From Ruditapes philippinarum (taxonomy: Eukaryota), in NCBI RefSeq assembly GCF_026571515.1, contig NW_026862878.1:62001-126000 (forward strand): a DNA stretch of 64,000 nt, read 5' to 3'. The translations under genes and the position numbers were made by a program. Positions 50,880 through 62,869 of the stretch are shown piece after piece (position 1 is the first letter of the stretch; every line of letters begins with the position of its first letter). The notes beneath the pieces were generated by a model, which did not search any database, was not told the DNA's origin, and saw only the letters and a list, made by a program, of their open reading frames with translations.

Positions 50880-53800
50880 ATGGTATGTTAAGCTTTACAT
50901 CAATTTATTATGTCTTTATATATCGTTTTGAAAATTTATACTTTATTGCGTATGAATAAATTCTACTTTATTACTATGATAGTGTCTTGTTAATTGTCTA
51001 TATATCACTACACGTATTTTCTAAGTTCTGACAGAGTTAAGAAACATGTCACAATACTGCATGTTTATTACTCGTCAAATTTCATTAGACAGTCGTGAAT
51101 TTCATATTTCTAATATACACGCACGGCATCAGCAGAACACATTTCTACGTCTGTATCAAATCATAGGGAGTTGGTCTGTGTCAAATCATAGGGAGTAGGT
51201 CTGTATCGAATCATAGAGAGTTGGTCTGTGTCAAATCATAGGGAGTAGGTCTGTATCGAATCATAGAGAGTTGGTCTGTGTCAAATCATAGGGAGTAGGT
51301 CTGTATCGAATCATAGGGAGTAGGTCTGTATCAAATCAAAGAGAGTAGGTCTGTGTTAAATAATAGGAGTATGTCTGTATCATATCATAGGGAGTAGGTC
51401 TGTATCGAATCATAGGGAGTAGGTCTGTGTCAAATCATAGGGAGTTGGTCTGTGTCAAATCATAGAAAGTAGGTCTGTATCAAATCATAGGGAGTAGGTC
51501 TGTGTCAAATCATAGGGAGTAGGTCTGTATCAAATCATAGGGAGTTGGTCTGTGTCAAATCATAGGGAGTAGGTCTGTATCGAACCATAGGGAGTAGGTC
51601 TGTGTCAAATCATAGGGAGTAGGTCTGTATCGAATCATAGGCAGTAGGTCTATATCAAATAATAGCGAGTAGGTCTGTATCAAAACAAAGAGAGTAGGTC
51701 TGTATCAAATCATAGGGTGTAAGATAGTTTCAAATCATAGTGAGTAAGATAGTATCAAATTATAAGGAGTTTAGTTGTATCAATTCATAACCAGAATGAC
51801 TTATCAAATCATAGTGAGTAGGGCTGTATCAACTCATTGGTGTAAGATATTATCAAATTAAAAGAAAATAAGATTGTTTCAAATCTTGGAAAGTAAGGCT
51901 GTATCAAATTATAGCGTCCAAGACATCTTACGAAATCAAAGGGCATAAGACACTATCTAAACAAAGTTACTAGCCTGTTTCAAATCATTAGTCAAAACAA
52001 CAGCCATAAGTTTCTAGTGATGGAAACATACATACGGAACTTTATATAAAGTTCTTTACTTAATGTAATTTTGCAGAATTTAGAATCAGTCTGTTATTCT
52101 TGTTATCAGCTAGTTTGGTTGAAATATTTTCTATGTCTCTGATAAGTCTAATCAAGTTAGAAATAATTGGATGTTAATATCGTTTGTTTCATGTAGTCAA
52201 AATGCTATATGGATTTCAAGTCAACAAATTTGTAACATAATAAGTGTTTCTTTAATTTTGCATTCTTTTTTTATTACAGATGTCATTTAGTTTCCTCGTC
52301 TTCATGTGTGTAGCCGTAAATGTCTACGGGTAAGTTTTACCTTTCTTATTTTGTTCGATATTCTAGTCTAGAAGAGGAATTTTCCGTTATTCTTTTGTAT
52401 TTCTGAAATTGATTTGCCAAGGTATGACTTTGGGACAATCCATTTAAAGGTTCTCCACTGAGATTTTTGACAACTTATGACTGGAACAATAGAATGTGTA
52501 CACAATGTCAGATCAATCACTATACGTTTTCAAAATAACCATTTTAATGTGCAAAATGTCACAACAAGAGCTGTCGGTAGGACAGCAACGCTCGACTATT
52601 CTTAGTGCTTGATAGTAAAAAAAATGCTTGATACAATTACCTTCTACTGTTTACAGGTTGTGGTAATGATGGTGAAAAGTTGTGCAAAGTTTCAAAGCCA
52701 TATGTCAATGGACTTTGAAAATATTTGAACTATTACAAAAACTTTAACATAAATTCTAATTCGAAAAAAAGGGCATAATTCTGTCAAAATGCTTGATACA
52801 GTTACCTCCTCCTGTGTACAGTTTGGGACAATGATCGTAAACAGGTGTGCAAAGTTTAAAAGCAATATGTCAATGGACTTTGAAAATATTTGAACTATTA
52901 CAAAAACTTTAACATAAATTCTAAATCGAAAAAGGGGCAAAATTCTGTCAAAATGCTTGATACAGTTACCTCCTCCTGTGTACAGGTTGGGGTAATGATT
53001 GTGAACAAGTGTGCAAAGTTTCAAAGCCATATGTCAATGGACTTTGAAAATATTTGAACTATTACAAAAACTTTAACATAAATTCTAAGTCGAAAAAGGG
53101 GCATAATTCTGTCAAAATGCTTGATACAGTTACCTCCTCCTGTTTACAGGTTTGGGTAATGATGGTGAACAAGTGTGCAAAGTTTCAAAGCCATATGTCA
53201 ATGGACTTTGAAAATATTTGAACTATTACACAAACTTTAACATAAATTCTAAGTCGAAAAAGGGGCATAATTCTGTCAAAATGCTTGATAGAGTTACCTC
53301 CTCCTGTTTACAGGTTGGGGTAATGATGGGGAACAAGTGTGCAAAGTTTCAAAGCCATATGTCAATGGACTTTGAAAATATTTGAACTATTACAAAAACT
53401 TTAACATAAGTGGTTACGCCGACGCCGACGCAGACGCAGACGCCGACGCCGACGCTCGGGTGACTACAATAGCTAAAAATGAAAAAGAAAAAAAACCCGA
53501 ATTATCCCTCTGCGTGTATAATCTTTCGCATTTTTTTCTGTTTTCTGCTTCAGTTTATCATTGTAAGAGTTTAAATTTGTTTCGAATGCTTTTCGGCCTT
53601 TAGACCTCACTTCCGGTTCCAGCAGGTACAAACGTACATACAATCGGAACATCTCGGCTATTATAAATAATCTTATCCGAAATTTGACGGAAAGATCCGA
53701 GATGATGCAATTGACGTACATGTTAACACACTGAGGAAACGGAATATATTGTTCAAGGTTTTTTCTTGATAGTAACGTTTCAAACAAATATCTCGCGTTT

Positions 53801-56454
53801 GAAACAAATGTATTTACATGTTGTAACATCCATTTTAGGATATAATCACTGAGCGACAAAAGCTGAACGACATAAAAGAAGCAGAAAATACATGTTTTTG
53901 CTTCAGACAATTCCTATTTTCGTAACATTGTTAAAGAAAAAAGCAGACTGATAGAATTGAGCACGTTTAATCTTTTAAATCTTGTCTGAAGTAAATTACA
54001 ACTAAACAATGAACCGAGGCCGTAATTGCTGGTAACATCACTGTAACATCTGCTCAACTAAATAACAATGTAACGACTGTATGTAGGTTTTAGCAAAACA
54101 ACGTAGTTCTTTGCATGCTGAGATATTGTCGTCTGCTTAACATGCTTGCTGTCTCCTTGATTTTATAATTTACTCCAAATTTCTTCAATAAAAAATAAAA
54201 GTAACCGACAAGTACCTAACAAGTCGTAGTACTGACAAGTCGTAGTACCTGACAAGTCGTAGAACTTGAAAGTCGTAGTACCTGACAAGTCGTTAGTACT
54301 GACAAGTTGTATTACCTGACAAGTCATAGTACCTGACAAGTCGAAATACTGACAAATCGTAGTACTGACAAGTCGTAGTACCTCCTGACAAGATGTAGTA
54401 CTGAAAAGTCGTAGTACCTCTTGACAATTTGTAGTATTGACAAGGCGTAGTACCTGACAGGTCGTAGTACTGACAAGTCGTAGTGATACTCGGCCTCTGG
54501 TATGGTACCAAGCTCTTTGCAAAGGCTATTGTGATTGCTTCATTTTATCAACTGATTTATGTAGCCTATGTAGATATCTTACGTTCATGGATTCATAATA
54601 AAATAATGATATATGTCTTATGTTGCTGACTATGAATGATGAACTATTGCAGTGGGTTAACAAACCCAGAGAAAGCACAGATGGTATATAATGCCATGGA
54701 TCTTTGGTTTGTGAATGACAAACTTGGAGGTAGAGAGCGTGCGTTCTTCTTTAAACGGATTGATTGCGATGGTAAAGGTTTTTATTCCACATGTATTAAT
54801 TAAGATTTTGTTTTAATTCTTTACCAACGAACAGGTCGAAATGAGCATGAAAGTTTAAAATGAGCATTATTTTACTTACGTCGGCGCACGATTGACTTAA
54901 CACATTGTATAACGGTAGATCTGTCCTAGAATTTCTTTAAAAGCTGCATGTCAAAATATTTTTAAAAAATAAAATTTATATAACAAACTTAATTAGAATT
55001 CATAAAAAGTAAAGAAATTCAAGATTCAAGTAATAATTTACATGTTAAATGTGAAAAATGACTGATCATTTGTCATCAGCTAATGCGTGACTAACGCTTA
55101 AAGGGCTATTTTGCATATTGAGTAGTTTATGTGGATTGTCCGTGTAAATTACTTTCTGTTTACTTCATAATATTTAAATTTTAGATACATTTCAAAAACA
55201 TTCATGAAAATAAGCATGAATTTGGAGGCATACTGCTTGAAGACCGACATTGGTATTGATGAACTTTTCAAACTATAATACTCAGGAAAATATTTTTATA
55301 GTTTAAGAAATGTATAATATTCATAATCCATGTGACACTGGATCATATGTGAAAATATGACATAGAGTGCGACATGTACATGTAACTTTATCACCATATT
55401 TCTATGCCTTTTCTAAAGGGGTGACTGTACTAGTTTTTTGAACATTTTGATGTATTACCAGTTAATGTATGTTGCTACGCAACGTTAAAAACTTTATATG
55501 TACTGTAGGCAACTCGGTCGGGTTTTACGCACCAACACTGTACGTATAGGTCTTTGGTGTCAGTGGAGGGTGAGTAGAACCACCGATGTTCTTTATGCTA
55601 GGTAAACTGCTTTCTCACATGTTCGGAGCTTATGTCATCTTTGGAAATTGGAACCCATTTGGGTGAGGGGCATGTGGTTTGAAGTCAAAGATCATGACAA
55701 CTCGGCTACAGACGCCCCTAAATGTTTTTAGAAGATATGTTGGCATGCTGCTTTCCGTACTGTGTCTGTGAAAATGAAACGGTTAAAGACTAATTTCTCG
55801 AGTTTCATATGTCATTCGATCCTCACTTATATATAGAACGTTTATTTTTCATCAGTAAAGTCAATACCAATTTTGAAATTGATTTTCAATATCTTATAAC
55901 AGGAAACAAAGAAATTTCGGAAGATGAATCATTCTGTGTTGGTAAGTTGTTAGACGTAGGTGACACACTGTGGACCTTTCTCACAAGTGCCGATTCAGAC
56001 AGTGACAAACTTCTTACCCTAGATGAATACAAAGCTTTTTGGGATGTCTGGGATTTCAATGGTTTGTCAATTTATTTCATAATATCATTAAAATGATTTA
56101 TTAACAATGTGCCAACAATGTCCTACCTAATTTGATAAAATTCAAAAACCATTACGTTAGATGGTAATAAAATGCTTAAACTAAAACATATCTTAGGGTT
56201 TGTTCTTTGTAAAATGCATTTACCAGCGCCGTAAATGAACAAAGTCAACCGAACAGAGTCTATGACATTTTCAAGTTGTCTTTGTTTAGCGTGCTTTGGG
56301 GTTTTGACATTCATTTGTTTATGATTTATTGAATTATTAGCGAAGTTTCATTTGATATTTTTTCTTGTAATTTATACACACAGGTAACAACAGAATAACT
56401 TGGAACGAGTTCGAGTCTGCATGGAACGCCACTGACTTTGACACAGCTGCTTAA
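50880..56454 (+). CDS. Secreted four-EF-hand calcium-binding protein, copy 2; exons 50880-50882, 52280-52329, 54653-54771, 55903-56061, 56384-56454; 133 aa
   Basis: Same exon lengths (3/50/119/159/71 nt) and splice sites as copy 1, with an open frame. EF loops: DCDGNKEISEDE, DSDSDKLLTLDE and DFNGNNRITWNE. Confidence 0.85.
51148..51720. repeat. 25-bp minisatellite, about 23 copies, intron 1 of EF-hand copy 2
   Basis: Same monomer and the same degenerate tail as in copy 1. Confidence 0.95.
52564..53474 (-). mobile_element. Young HINE with about 5 x 164-bp near-identical repeats, inserted in intron 2 of EF-hand copy 2
   Basis: 3' end ACAAGAGCTGTCGGTAGGACAGC (hairpin); repeats at 52622, 52787, 52951, 53115 and 53279; (GACGCC)n microsatellite 53416-53456; empty site GTCACAAAAATG in copy 1 at about 41118. 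Confidence 0.9.
54200..54487. repeat. 16/17-bp minisatellite, about 17 copies
   Basis: Homologous position in copy 2, with a longer array. Confidence 0.85.
55520..55719 (-). mobile_element. Degenerate tRNA-derived SINE (homolog of 42745 in unit 2)
   Basis: GAGTAGAACCACCGATGTTC..CTCACATG..GAACCCA..GACGCCCCT is the reverse complement of the 62422 SINE. Confidence 0.7.
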
Positions 56455-56560
56455 ACGTTCAACGCCAGTGAAAACTGTCAGCTGACAACGTTAAATGACC
56501 GGAAATGACCGTTGTCAATATTTATTTTATTAAACTTAGCAAAACTTATTATGTGTTTTG

Positions 56561-56591
<31 letters not shown>

Positions 56592-57846
56592 TATCAAAAT
56601 TCCTCATTAAACGCTTATGATGCATACATTAAATTAATATATAATGACAGTAATATTAGCAGTCAGCATATCCCATTGTTCAAGAAAGTATAAACTAGAC
56701 GTCAAAAGCTTAAAAACGTATCCCCAGAAGCTTAAAAATGCATCCCCCTTAACTTCGCACACAAAATCTATACTATACACCAGAATTCCTGCTCTTAGGG
56801 TAATAACTCTCTAATCTGATTTCGTGCGTTCTTATCTAGAGTGTAGCATACTTTTTTGGAAATTTATAAATGATACCGGTATTCTATTTATCATACAATA
56901 TCATTTCCATAGAATATAGACCCTTGTCAATTAAAAAAAAACACAATAGGAAATAGTAAATAGGAATTACATTTTAGTACGAAAGTTAAAAACAGATCGG
57001 AGCTCAGTATGAGCAAAGGAAAAAACATGAAATCCTATTCAAATGCGTATGCATCGACTGCACAAAACTACGTTTTACTTTAAATGGGAGCGATGCCCGC
57101 CGCCAGTGTAAAACGATCAATTTATATACAATAACAAAACCATATACATTTATGATGTGTCCTTTAACGGCTTATCCCAGTGTTCAATGTACCAGAAGTA
57201 ATATGGGATAAAACGTTGTATGGGTTATCATCAATGTAACAACCAAGCGGTCAAGGACAAAATAAGAAATATGTGACATGACAAAAATTAAAATAAAGTA
57301 CAGCATCATATCGACTAAGCAAATGATGGTCCCTGTTAGTTTATTCTTCAAGGACACACGTTAATTATATAGAGGATATTTTTTTTCTGGGACAGGCTAT
57401 AGTTTATTTCATCGGGTGAAACCCATGTCAATATTTGTTATATGGCGTTGTTATATGGTGTTCACTAGATGAAATAACTTATTATAGAAAGAAACAAAAT
57501 TTTCTTTTTATTTTATGCACACTTTAAAGAAGTTATTTTATGAATAATAAATGGAATAAAGTAAGTGGGGGTTCAAATGAAGAAAATAGTTCCGTTAAAC
57601 AGTGGAAACAACCTAATCAAAATGGTAAATTCATTGTTGTGAAACAGTGAATTATTTATTTTAATTCACTGTAAAATTTCTTTAATTCATTAGTAAGCAT
57701 AAAATAAATGTACATTGTACCTGTTTAACTCGTAAAATCATGTGACAAAAATATTGGGAAAATATTACTAATTCTTGTAACAAACTAGATCAAGATATAC
57801 TTGTATTCAAAGGGAATTTAAGAAGGTTGTCAATAAACTATACTAG

Positions 57847-58030
57847 TGTAGGCATGATCGAGTAGCAATCTAACGATTGTTAGCGACAACGGTTCAAACC
57901 CCCTCATGTCCAAATAGTTGTTTCATAGAGCAAGAAACTTGATACTCGTTACTCAGTACTGGTTTGTTGCAGAAACAGATTCGAGAGTGTGCTGCTATAA
58001 GCTTCCTACACAACCGAACTAAAATAAATT
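57847..58030 (+). mobile_element. Old CORE-type tRNA SINE (unit 2 homolog)
   Basis: GGTTCAAACCC..GAGCAAGAAACTT..CAGTACTGGTTTGTTGCAGAAAC..AACTAAAATAAATT. Confidence 0.55.
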
Positions 58031-58114
58031 ATGTGTAAACTAATAAACTGTACTAAGGCAGGAACGGTCGTATAAAGCATTCCCCGACTAAGACCAACAG
58101 CACTGGTCAAGTAA

Positions 58115-58312
58115 TTAGTTTATTCGAATTTATTTTAGTTTGATTGTGTTGGACGCTTTAAGCTTATTGAACCACTCTCGAGTCCGTTCCTGGAAACAAC
58201 CAGTACTAAGCAATGAATGTAAAGTGTCTTGCTCAAGGAAACAACGACTTGTCCCTGACAGGCGGCCAGCAATCCTCAGATTACTAGTCCGACTCTTATC
58301 CACTGGGCCACA
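58115..58312 (-). mobile_element. CORE-type SINE, present only in unit 2
   Basis: The minus strand reads GTGGCCCAGTGGATAAGAG (A box)..CCTTGAGCAAGACACTTTAC (CORE-domain-like)..AACTAAAATAAATTCGAATAAA. Confidence 0.75.
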
Positions 58313-59196
58313 AACAAACTCAGTCAACAATTTTGATTTATTCTAGAATGATATAATAACAATGGGTCCTACAAGACATTTTACTATGACAATGGGTCCT
58401 ACAAGACATTATACATGTATTCTGATTATCATTCACCATTCTAAATATCTTAAATTGACTTATCTATCTTTCAATCTGAACGTAGCCATTCTTTTCAGGG
58501 AAATTTTCAAATAGACCATGGTCTGAACTTGGTCACTCAAAAAGCAATAGGGTATAGGCAGCTACACTATGAAACATGGAGAAAGTATGCCGAATGGATC
58601 TTATTCCATCTTAAAAGTCAAGGTCAATAATGTTTATGAAATTGTTCTCAAGTTATCGTGCAGAAACCATGTGGTCTAGTGACCAACAGACTGACATTTG
58701 CAAAACTATACCGTGTGTGTGTGTGGGGGGGGGGGTAATTATTGACAAAAGATAATCGTCAAAACTTCAATGTTCACAAGGGTATAACTTGGAAATGAGA
58801 GCTTAAAAAGTACAAAATAATAAAGCAATATATGCAAGATATATATTAAGCTTTTATTTGGAAAAAAATGCATCAGTGATACAGAAAATGTTTAACAGTT
58901 AATAACCATGCATACATAAATTATCTAATGAATGAAGTTACTGATGCACAACAAATAAACAATAAACTATACTAGCTAGTCTAGCTAAATCAACGCTGTA
59001 GAACTTTATTATTATTGCACTTTCTATTACAGTCCATACCTGAAGAGTCATCAATTGACATGATAAACAATATCCCAAGTGAGTAACACAAATGTAGGCC
59101 AATTAGTAATCCTAGATAAGGTACAAGGTAATTAACAAGACAAATATATCTTTATAAGATAGGCTCAGCCTTTCAGGATATTCAATATCTAATAGT

Positions 59197-60708
59197 ACAA
59201 GAATTTGTAACAGAGTTATCAACGTCCCCCGCCTCGGGGAAGTTTTATATGAAGCATAAAATTGTGCTATTTCAAAAGATTGAGGTATGGATCTCAGGAC
59301 TTTCAGTCCAAAATTATGACCAATGCTAGATCTGCAAATGCAACAATAACTTTATCAAAGAAATACAAGTAAAGTGAAACACGGAATTTAAAAATCTATC
59401 ATGTTAACCTTTGACCTCTAATTGTGACCTTGACCTTGAAGGTAGGGGTGCAGGTGTTGTGCATGACAAATTGTCTTACTAATATTACTTTTTGTGCCAA
59501 GTATTATCAAAATCCCTTGAACTATGAAGAAATTATAGATCGGACACAAAATATACCCTATAACAGACGTGCCAAGTATTTTCAAAATCCCTTAAACTAT
59601 GAAGAAGTTATAGATCGGACACAAAATATACCCTATAACAGACTATGTCAATCTTTGACCTCAAAGTGTGACCTTGGAGGTAGGGACGAATGTTTTGCGC
59701 CTGACATATCATGTTATTATTGTAATTATTTGTGCAAAGTATTTTTAAAATCCCTTGATCTATGAAAAGGTTATGGACTGAACACAAAATATACCCTATA
59801 GCAGACTATGTAAATTTTTGACCTCTACGTGTGACCTTGACCTTGGAGGTAGCGGCACATGTGTTACGCATGACATATCATCTTATCATTGTGACTACAT
59901 GTATTTATGCCAAGTATTTTCAAAATCCCTTGATCTATGAAGAAGTTATGGACGGGACACAAAATATACCATATAACAGATTTAGTCAACCTTTGACCTC
60001 TAAGTGTGACCTTGACCTTGGAGGTAGGGATGCAGGTGTTATACCTGACATATTGTCTTATTATTGTGACTATTTGTGCCTAGTTATTTCAAAATCCCGA
60101 AGAAGTTCTAGATCAGCCACAAAATATACCCCTCAAACAGACTATGTTAACTTTTGACCTCTAAGTGTGACCTTGAACTTGGAGGTAGGGATGTAGGTGT
60201 TGTGCATGACACATCATCTTATTATAGTGACTATTTCTGGCATGTATTTACAAAATCCTTTGATCTATGAAAAAGTTATGTACAAATATACCCTGTAATA
60301 GACTATGTTAATCTTTGACCTCCAAGTGTGACCTTGACCTTGGAGGTAGGTGACCGGTTGTTGCGCATGACACATCGTGTCATTATTGTGAACAATTGTG
60401 GCAAGTATTTACAAAACCCCTTCAAAGATAAGAAAGTTATGGACCGGACACGACATATACCATCAAATAGACAATGTTGACCTTGAATGAGCAAGTACGA
60501 CCTTGACCCTGGAGGTAGGGGTCTGGTTGTTGCGCATGACATATCATCTTATTATAACAAACATGTGTGCCAAGTTATTTCAGATTCCTTGGATAAATGA
60601 CAAAGTTATGGACCTGACACGGAAGTGTGACAGACAGCCTAACTGACAGACAGACGGACGGAGCCTATTACTATATCCCCCTTTTTTCTTCGAAAAGGCC
60701 GGGGACAA
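59197..60708 (-). mobile_element. HINE with about 160-175-bp internal repeats (GTGACCTTGACCTTGGAGG), unit 2 only
   Basis: ACAAG..GTCCCCCGCC at one end; GACA/GACG microsatellite and a TCCCC..GGGGAC hairpin at the other; absent from the homologous site near 45960. Confidence 0.82.
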
Positions 60709-60832
60709 TTAGACTAATACATAAATGTTTATGAGCCAGAGGCCTTAAGACTTATCAATAAATCAAATCAATATACAATATAATATTACTTCAAAATTAT
60801 CAAATTCATAATAATGACAGATAATCTCTTAA

Positions 60833-61187
60833 AGGCCCATTTTGCCTCAGAAATGCTTTTAATTTTATTTCTCAAAAGCTTTGTAATTTTGACGTACTTT
60901 TAAAATGTCCAAAAAGTTACTCATTGCTCAATAATTACCTGGACCATCTTTTTCATCTGTTGCTCTTTAGCAATAAGTGCAGTTATAGTTATTAATAGTA
61001 ATTAGTTATTTTGTATGGAAGTCGTTTACATTTTGCTACTATTACACATTGTTTCACATTTATCGCTACTTTCTTTAGGTAATAATCATCTAACATTCTC
61101 TTAAACCATTATTTAAACGTTATACAATACATATTTACCATTTCTAAAGAATTAAAAATTTATTTGTTTCTGAAGCATACTGTGCCT
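60833..61187. mobile_element. TTAA-targeting MITE (Kolobok-like AG..CT termini)
   Basis: TTAA|AGGCCCATTTTGCCTCAGAAA..TTTCTGAAGCATACTGTGCCT|TTAA; single-TTAA empty site at 46029-46032 in unit 1. Confidence 0.85.
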
Positions 61188-61335
61188 TTAAGCTCTGCTC
61201 TTTTCTGTGAGCTAACAGAAAAGGACCAGTAATTATAGTTACAACTGAAATGCCTTCTTATCACCATATATGCATATTTCAAATTTCACATCAACCCCTT
61301 GAATTGTTTTGGATAAAATTTACACAATGGACAAT

Positions 61336-61531
61336 GGATCTGGAGCACAGGCCGGATCTAAAGAGCACAGGTCAGATCTAAAGAGCACAGGATCGTCTAA
61401 AGAGCACAGGCCGGATCTTAAGAGCACAGGCGGACCTAAAGAGCACATGCCAGATCTAAAGAGCACAGGCTGGATCTAAAGGGCACAGGCCGGATCTAAA
61501 GAGCACAGGCCTGATCTAAAGAGCACAGGCC
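61336..61531. repeat. 20-bp minisatellite (GAGCACAGGCCGGATCTAAA), about 10 copies
   Basis: Period 20 (61343, 61363). Confidence 0.92.
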
Positions 61532-61634
61532 TTCACCTGTATACCTCCACAAACTTTATCAATATGGAGACTACAGAGAGGGATGAACAAAGAGAACATT
61601 TCCCTCTTTTAATGAGAAGGGGAATAAATCTGCC

Positions 61635-62366
61635 TCAAGTGTTACAAGAAAGGATAGATTTAACCTCTTTATTATACATAACCATCTTTTTCACACCTGG
61701 CATAACTGAGCTAACTACGAATTCTGGATTTATCTCGAAGTTTAAATGTTTCTCAGTAGGTTTTACAATCATAGGTTTGGTACAGTTTTCTTTATAAATA
61801 CAATATTTAACACCTGCTTGTTCCTTGAAATTTGACTTTTTGTAACATTGCAAAAACTCCAAGGAAGATTCAGATTCCGGCTCCATATTGTCAAAGAAAA
61901 TGTCAAAATTTAAGGCATACCAAATACTTAAAATAGTTTTAAAGTTTAAGAGGGAAACAAATTTACTACCTTCGAAAAAGAATAAATTTAAATCTTGAGT
62001 CATGATCAACCTGTCTATATCACAATTCTATACAAATTCTTATACTTTGATCTGTGGCAATAAATGAGGGAACAAAACACCTGCACAAACTTGGGTTCTT
62101 ATTCAATCCACAAAAACTATTTACGATTGTTTGTGCCAGTTCATGAGATATTGCACGAGAACCAATTACATCGTTTCTAGCTTCAACAACACTATCAGAG
62201 TTGTCTGAAGAGGAATCTTCATCATCTTCAGTGCTACCAGTTCTTATTCTTTTGTGTAAAGGTTCATCACTTCTATCCTCTTCATCAACATCATCATTAA
62301 ATCCAATCTTGACAACACTGTTTTTCACAAGAATATCTGCATACCCATGCCAAACATTACCATTTC
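61635..62366 (-). pseudogene. Terminal exon of an uncharacterised mollusc-type protein with PD-(D/E)xK-nuclease-like motifs; frameshift near 62029
   Basis: A minus-strand acceptor (atttcttttccag|GA) at 62366 opens NGNVWHGYADILV, which runs into ORF 62328-62020 (acidic loop, VVEAR, HELAQTIVNSF, VPSFIAT). The frame shifts at RIC/NCDIDRLIMTQ into ORF 62009-61635 (ILSIWYALNF..). Upstream exons are not recognisable in the window. Confidence 0.6.
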
Positions 62367-62421
62367 CTGGAAAAGAAATTCAGCTCTTTATTGTGTTATT
62401 CATTACTTTTGGTTATTAGGA

Positions 62422-62699
62422 GGGGGCGTCCGTGGCCGAGTGGTTAAGGTCGTTGACTTCAAACCACTTGCCCCTCACCGCTGTGGGTTCGAATCCCTAC
62501 AGGGACTTTGGATTCTTTCATGTGAGGAAGCTATCCAGCTAGCTTACGGAACATCGGTGGTTCTACTCAGGTGCCCGTTCGTGCCTGAAATAATGCACGG
62601 AAGGGCACCTGAGGTCTTCCTCAACCAGTAAAGCTGGAACGTCGCGATATGACATATACTGTGTTGAGGTGACGTAAAACCCAATCAAAACAAACAAAC
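62422..62699 (+). mobile_element. Full-length tRNA-derived SINE (probably the molluscan V-SINE/RUDI-type family)
   Basis: A box TGGCCGAGTGG 62433-43, B box GGTTCGAATCC 62486-96, a tRNA-unrelated body and an (AAAC)n tail. The family name is from memory and unverified. Confidence 0.85.
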
Positions 62700-62869
62700 T
62701 GCCTAAAGAAGACTGTTGTAATGAAGTAAAGAATTCTCCAAGAAAACATCATTTTTTTGTAAAAAAAATTCATATTCATCTTGCAAACAAGGTCATATAT
62801 TTCAATTATTCAACATGTTTATTTTGTCATGTCTAATGATTTCTTCAAGTATAAGGCAAATCTGTACAT

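Larger units (their letters stand above)
46521..61560 (+). repeat. Tandem segmental duplication, unit 2 (with extra TE insertions)
   Basis: Homologous to unit 1; carries unit-specific insertions at 52564-53474, about 58060-58540, 59197-60708 and 60833-61187. Confidence 0.92.

Noticed and set aside
52692-54522. ORFs including the ADADAD and TTTCQ repeats
   Set aside because: Derived from the HINE, its (GACGCC)n microsatellite and the 16/17-bp minisatellite.
56505-56693. Poly-His ORF
   Set aside because: A (CAT)n microsatellite in the EF-hand 3'UTR; shorter and not maintained as an ORF in copy 1.
59424-60542. ORFs of 79-113 aa beginning MTLTL..
   Set aside because: Translations of HINE internal tandem repeats.
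62422-62505. Functional tRNA gene, and ORF 62347-62631
   Set aside because: No proper cloverleaf or terminator; it continues into a SINE body and tail.
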